DNA from: Candidatus Dojkabacteria bacterium
GTDB taxonomy: Bacteria; Patescibacteriota; Dojkabacteria; J137
Length of the DNA: 64,000 nucleotides
NCBI GenBank assembly: GCA_030950485.1
Contig: JAUZRK010000002.1
Coordinates: forward strand, 111-64,110
Direction of reading: 5' to 3'
The translations under genes and the position numbers were made by a program. Positions 61,229 through 64,000 of the stretch are shown here, piece after piece. Numbering within the stretch: the stretch's first letter is position 1; each line of letters begins with the position of its first letter. The notes below the pieces were generated by a model that was given only the letters and a program-made list of their open reading frames with translations, did no database searches and was not told where the DNA came from.

Positions 61229-62167
61229 ATGATAAAAACAATAGTAATAGGCTCACTCAACACAGATCTAATAATTAATGGAGCAGAAAAATTACTGGGG
61301 CCTGGAGAATCTACTTTAAGCGATAGTTTTACAATAGCAGCTGGAGGAAAATCTAGAAATATTGTCGCTATGTTGGCTACTCTAAATTCTAACGGGCAAT
61401 CAATCGCATTTATTGGAAAAACAATTAAAGATGAATTTGGATTCTGGAAATACCCGATTGATTCAATGAAAGATCTAGATATTGATACTTCAAATATAGA
61501 TATTTTAGATTCACATCCAAAATATAACATGCCTGGTCTTGCAATTATCCCGATTGATAAGAAGGGACAAAATCAGATTTATCTAGTTCCAGGCGTTAGA
61601 GAAGACTTTTCTAGAAATGATATAGATAAGAAAGAGATTTTATTTAAAGAGGCAAAAGATGTTGTACTAACTTTAGAAATGCCGGTTAATGCAGCGATGA
61701 GAAGTGTTGAACTGAGTTTGAAAAATGATTCAAGATTGTTTATAGATCCTGGAGGAGTTGAAGGAAGAAAAGAACTAATTGATGTTGTTAAAATGGGTGG
61801 ATATTTAATAAAGCCTAATGAGCATGAGGCTGAGGTAATAACTGGAATCAAAGTTAATTCAAAAGATGACGCAAAATTAGCTTGTGATAGTTTAAGGAAA
61901 TTGGGATATGAGATATGTTTATTAACTCACGGAGAAAAAGGAGCTTATCTTTCGTATCAAGATAAATTTATACATCTCCCTATCCCAGATATAGATGTCT
62001 CAATGGGTAGCTCTGTTAGTTGTGGAGATCAGACTATGGCTGGTTTTATTTATGGTTTAGAAATAGGTTTAGGTATTGAGATGGCTTCTAAACTTGCTAT
62101 AAAAGCTGGTACTTTACAGCATACTAAACAAGGTATTATTCCAATCACAAAGAATGAATTAACTTAA
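61229..62167 (+). CDS. PfkB-family carbohydrate/nucleoside kinase (ribokinase-like)
   Basis: N-terminal IVIGSLNTDL; AAGGKSRN (GG motif); C-terminal SVSCGDQTMAGFIYGL (anion hole / DTxGAGD-like). Confidence 0.75.
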   Translation: MIKTIVIGSLNTDLIINGAEKLLGPGESTLSDSFTIAAGGKSRNIVAMLATLNSNGQSIAFIGKTIKDEFGFWKYPIDSMKDLDIDTSNIDILDSHPKYNMPGLAIIPIDKKGQNQIYLVPGVREDFSRNDIDKKEILFKEAKDVVLTLEMPVNAAMRSVELSLKNDSRLFIDPGGVEGRKELIDVVKMGGYLIKPNEHEAEVITGIKVNSKDDAKLACDSLRKLGYEICLLTHGEKGAYLSYQDKFIHLPIPDIDVSMGSSVSCGDQTMAGFIYGLEIGLGIEMASKLAIKAGTLQHTKQGIIPITKNELT

Positions 62168-62194
62168 GAATAATATAAGTAATACTTTGAAATT

Positions 62195-62404
62195 ATGGAT
62201 ACCAAAGAAGAGGCGTTTTATCATCAAGAACCCACAGATTGGGAGTCACAGTATAGACAGTATGAGCTTGGTAAAGAGTATATGGAACAAAGAGATGAAT
62301 GGGGTTTGCTAGCAACGTCTATTTGGAAAGATCTTGCAAAATCTGACTTTCAATGTGACAACGAATTACTGAGCTTAATCTCAAAGTCTGTTAGCGAGAA
62401 CTAA
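62195..62404 (+). CDS. Hypothetical small protein
   Basis: 69-aa ORF. Confidence 0.35.
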   Translation: MDTKEEAFYHQEPTDWESQYRQYELGKEYMEQRDEWGLLATSIWKDLAKSDFQCDNELLSLISKSVSEN

Positions 62405-62634
62405 GGTGTTTACTCAGCCATCGAGTTTTAAGAGCTTTAAATCAAGATAATTTACCAGAACAATACAAAAAGATTCATCCTAATCAAAGTTCAGCAGTTA
62501 AATCTTTACAAGGAATTACAGAGTCATAGGAGAAAATAATAAATGAGAAAGATGACTCAAGACTATTTAGTGTTAAAGAAAGGGATCGGTGGCAGTCTTA
62601 TTTACTACACAATATAGCGAAGGACCTAAGGTTT

Positions 62635-63900
62635 ATGCACTTAGGAATACAAATAGCTCAAGATATCACTCAAGTAGAAATGACCTCTTTTGTAGAAGAA
62701 ATACCAGAAGATTTAAAGGACCCTCAAAATTGGAGATTAAGACGTAATTTGAAAGATAGGGTTTGGATAATAGAAACTAAAATGGGTAATAAATATATTT
62801 TAAGAGAGCAAAAATCTTCATTTCACTTTGACCATGTTGAAGGCACTGGATTTAATTACTCTCAAGATTCAGAAAATGAAGCTTCTCTAGCAAAACAATA
62901 TCCTGAAATTGTTACAGAAGATTATGTAGTTCAAGCAGAGAAGCCAATAATAGCCTGTACTCTACCTTACTCTTCTGATCCAAAGGCTGGAGATGAGTAT
63001 TTGAAGTTTGCTATATATGAATTCGAAGAAGGGATTCAGTCGAGTTTTCCTCCAGAGCAGATAGAATATTTGGATAATCCTACTGATAACGAGATGTTAA
63101 GAAAGTATGAGCAATACCGTCAAAAATGTGAAGAATTTCTAATTGAGTCTTTGGAACTTTCTGACTATTCTAAGCTGAAGGCTGTTATGCTTGAGGAGTT
63201 ATTTAGGGTACATGTAGGCTTAGGAATTATAATGAAAGGCGACTTACTAGGATCGATATTAAGTAAAGATGATCTTGTAAATTCAGATGCAGATGGATAT
63301 TCACTGGCTATAAATCCTGAAGGAAAAATACAAGTTACTGTTTTTGATTTTGAGAGAGTGTTCCAAAATCCTACAGTTAGGGAAGAACATGAGAATTTAG
63401 CCGATAATTTCAGGGGCTTTAGAAGGATTATTAAATCCGCTACAGAAGACAATACTTTAACAGGAGGTTCAAGGTTAACTAATAAAAAGGCTGAGTCTAT
63501 TCGTCAAGAATCAGATTTGGAAACTAAGGCTAACGTTTTCATGCAGGGACTTCCAACTGCTCTTTCTGATGAAGTTATGGAATTATTTGTACAAGAGAAG
63601 AAATATGAAAATACTGTAAAGCCGGATGACTTTAAGCTATATCAAAGGTTTGAATTAGAAAGTTTTAGAGCAATGAAACCTAGCCTAATCGATTTTCTCC
63701 GAACAAATTATAAGGATACGGTTGAGGAAATGATTGATGGTTTTGTAAGTGGGTATGAAGAAATCGTTATACAATTAGAATCTATAGACTACGGAGAAGA
63801 TGATAATTTGTCCTCTTCTGAGATACTCTTATTAATAATGTATTTTCTGCAATCAGAGGATGGGAGGCAGATACTCAGAATTCTTCAGATGCACGTATAG
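62635..63900 (+). CDS. Hypothetical protein
   Basis: 421-aa ORF, acidic, no recognisable domain. Confidence 0.55.
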   Translation: MHLGIQIAQDITQVEMTSFVEEIPEDLKDPQNWRLRRNLKDRVWIIETKMGNKYILREQKSSFHFDHVEGTGFNYSQDSENEASLAKQYPEIVTEDYVVQAEKPIIACTLPYSSDPKAGDEYLKFAIYEFEEGIQSSFPPEQIEYLDNPTDNEMLRKYEQYRQKCEEFLIESLELSDYSKLKAVMLEELFRVHVGLGIIMKGDLLGSILSKDDLVNSDADGYSLAINPEGKIQVTVFDFERVFQNPTVREEHENLADNFRGFRRIIKSATEDNTLTGGSRLTNKKAESIRQESDLETKANVFMQGLPTALSDEVMELFVQEKKYENTVKPDDFKLYQRFELESFRAMKPSLIDFLRTNYKDTVEEMIDGFVSGYEEIVIQLESIDYGEDDNLSSSEILLLIMYFLQSEDGRQILRILQMHV

Positions 63901-64000
63901 TTATACGATTACTGGAGAACTTATCAAAGGATTACTATGAAAGGCCATTTGGTTATAAAGCCAAGGTAAAAGACCTGTCTGAACCTTTGCTTAAATATAA

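Noticed and set aside
61153-61530. Minus-strand 125-aa ORF overlapping the pfkB start
   Set aside because: Antisense to a well-supported PfkB kinase gene; no conserved motifs.
1-64000. Possibility that TGA or TAA is recoded (code 4 or 25, or stop-codon reassignment), which would explain the in-frame stops
   Set aside because: RF2 is encoded. gpmI ends in TGA and most intact genes end in TAA. Very long ORFs (1734, 849, 824 and 797 aa) are uninterrupted under the standard code. Isolated nonsense mutations are the simpler explanation.

Overview
Low-GC (about 30% GC by eye) bacterial chromosomal segment with roughly 60 protein-coding genes on both strands and one tRNA-Cys(GCA). The standard bacterial code applies: a full-length RF2 (prfB) is present, and long intact ORFs end in TAA, TAG or TGA. 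Recognisable housekeeping genes: gpmI (3' part, runs off the left edge), a SpoU/TrmH methyltransferase, ssb, a uvrB remnant (C-terminal half only), mnmA, a Nudix hydrolase, pcm, prfB, lepA, rmuC, tag, a hybrid histidine kinase, clpC (with a CIRCE-like operator), gltX, acpS, LOG and a PfkB kinase. Accessory content: (i) a 1734-aa membrane-anchored protein with a glycoside-hydrolase-like N-terminal region plus M23 and M15 peptidase domains; (ii) a lipid activation/remodelling cluster (acpS, an acyl-AMP ligase-ACP-acyltransferase tri-domain fusion, GDPD, an ABC transporter); (iii) a copper-homeostasis island (csoR, an HMA-membrane-cupredoxin protein, copZ, a multicopper oxidase, DoxX, copA, a plastocyanin-like protein); (iv) two paralogous wHTH-Nudix putative regulators, each next to a nucleotide hydrolase gene (HD-domain, LOG) and one next to an ATP-grasp gene; (v) many small, very acidic hypothetical proteins. 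The window shows marked gene decay: four genes are interrupted by a single in-frame stop (3x TAA, 1x TGA), two transporters are frameshifted, and uvrB has lost its N-terminal half. Non-coding features include heptanucleotide A-tract tandem repeats, a GCAGATT direct-repeat array in a divergent promoter region, a duplicated tRNA-Cys 5' fragment, and short shared repeat motifs, one of which lies inside an in-frame insertion in mnmA. All calls rest on motif recognition by eye; no database searches were run.
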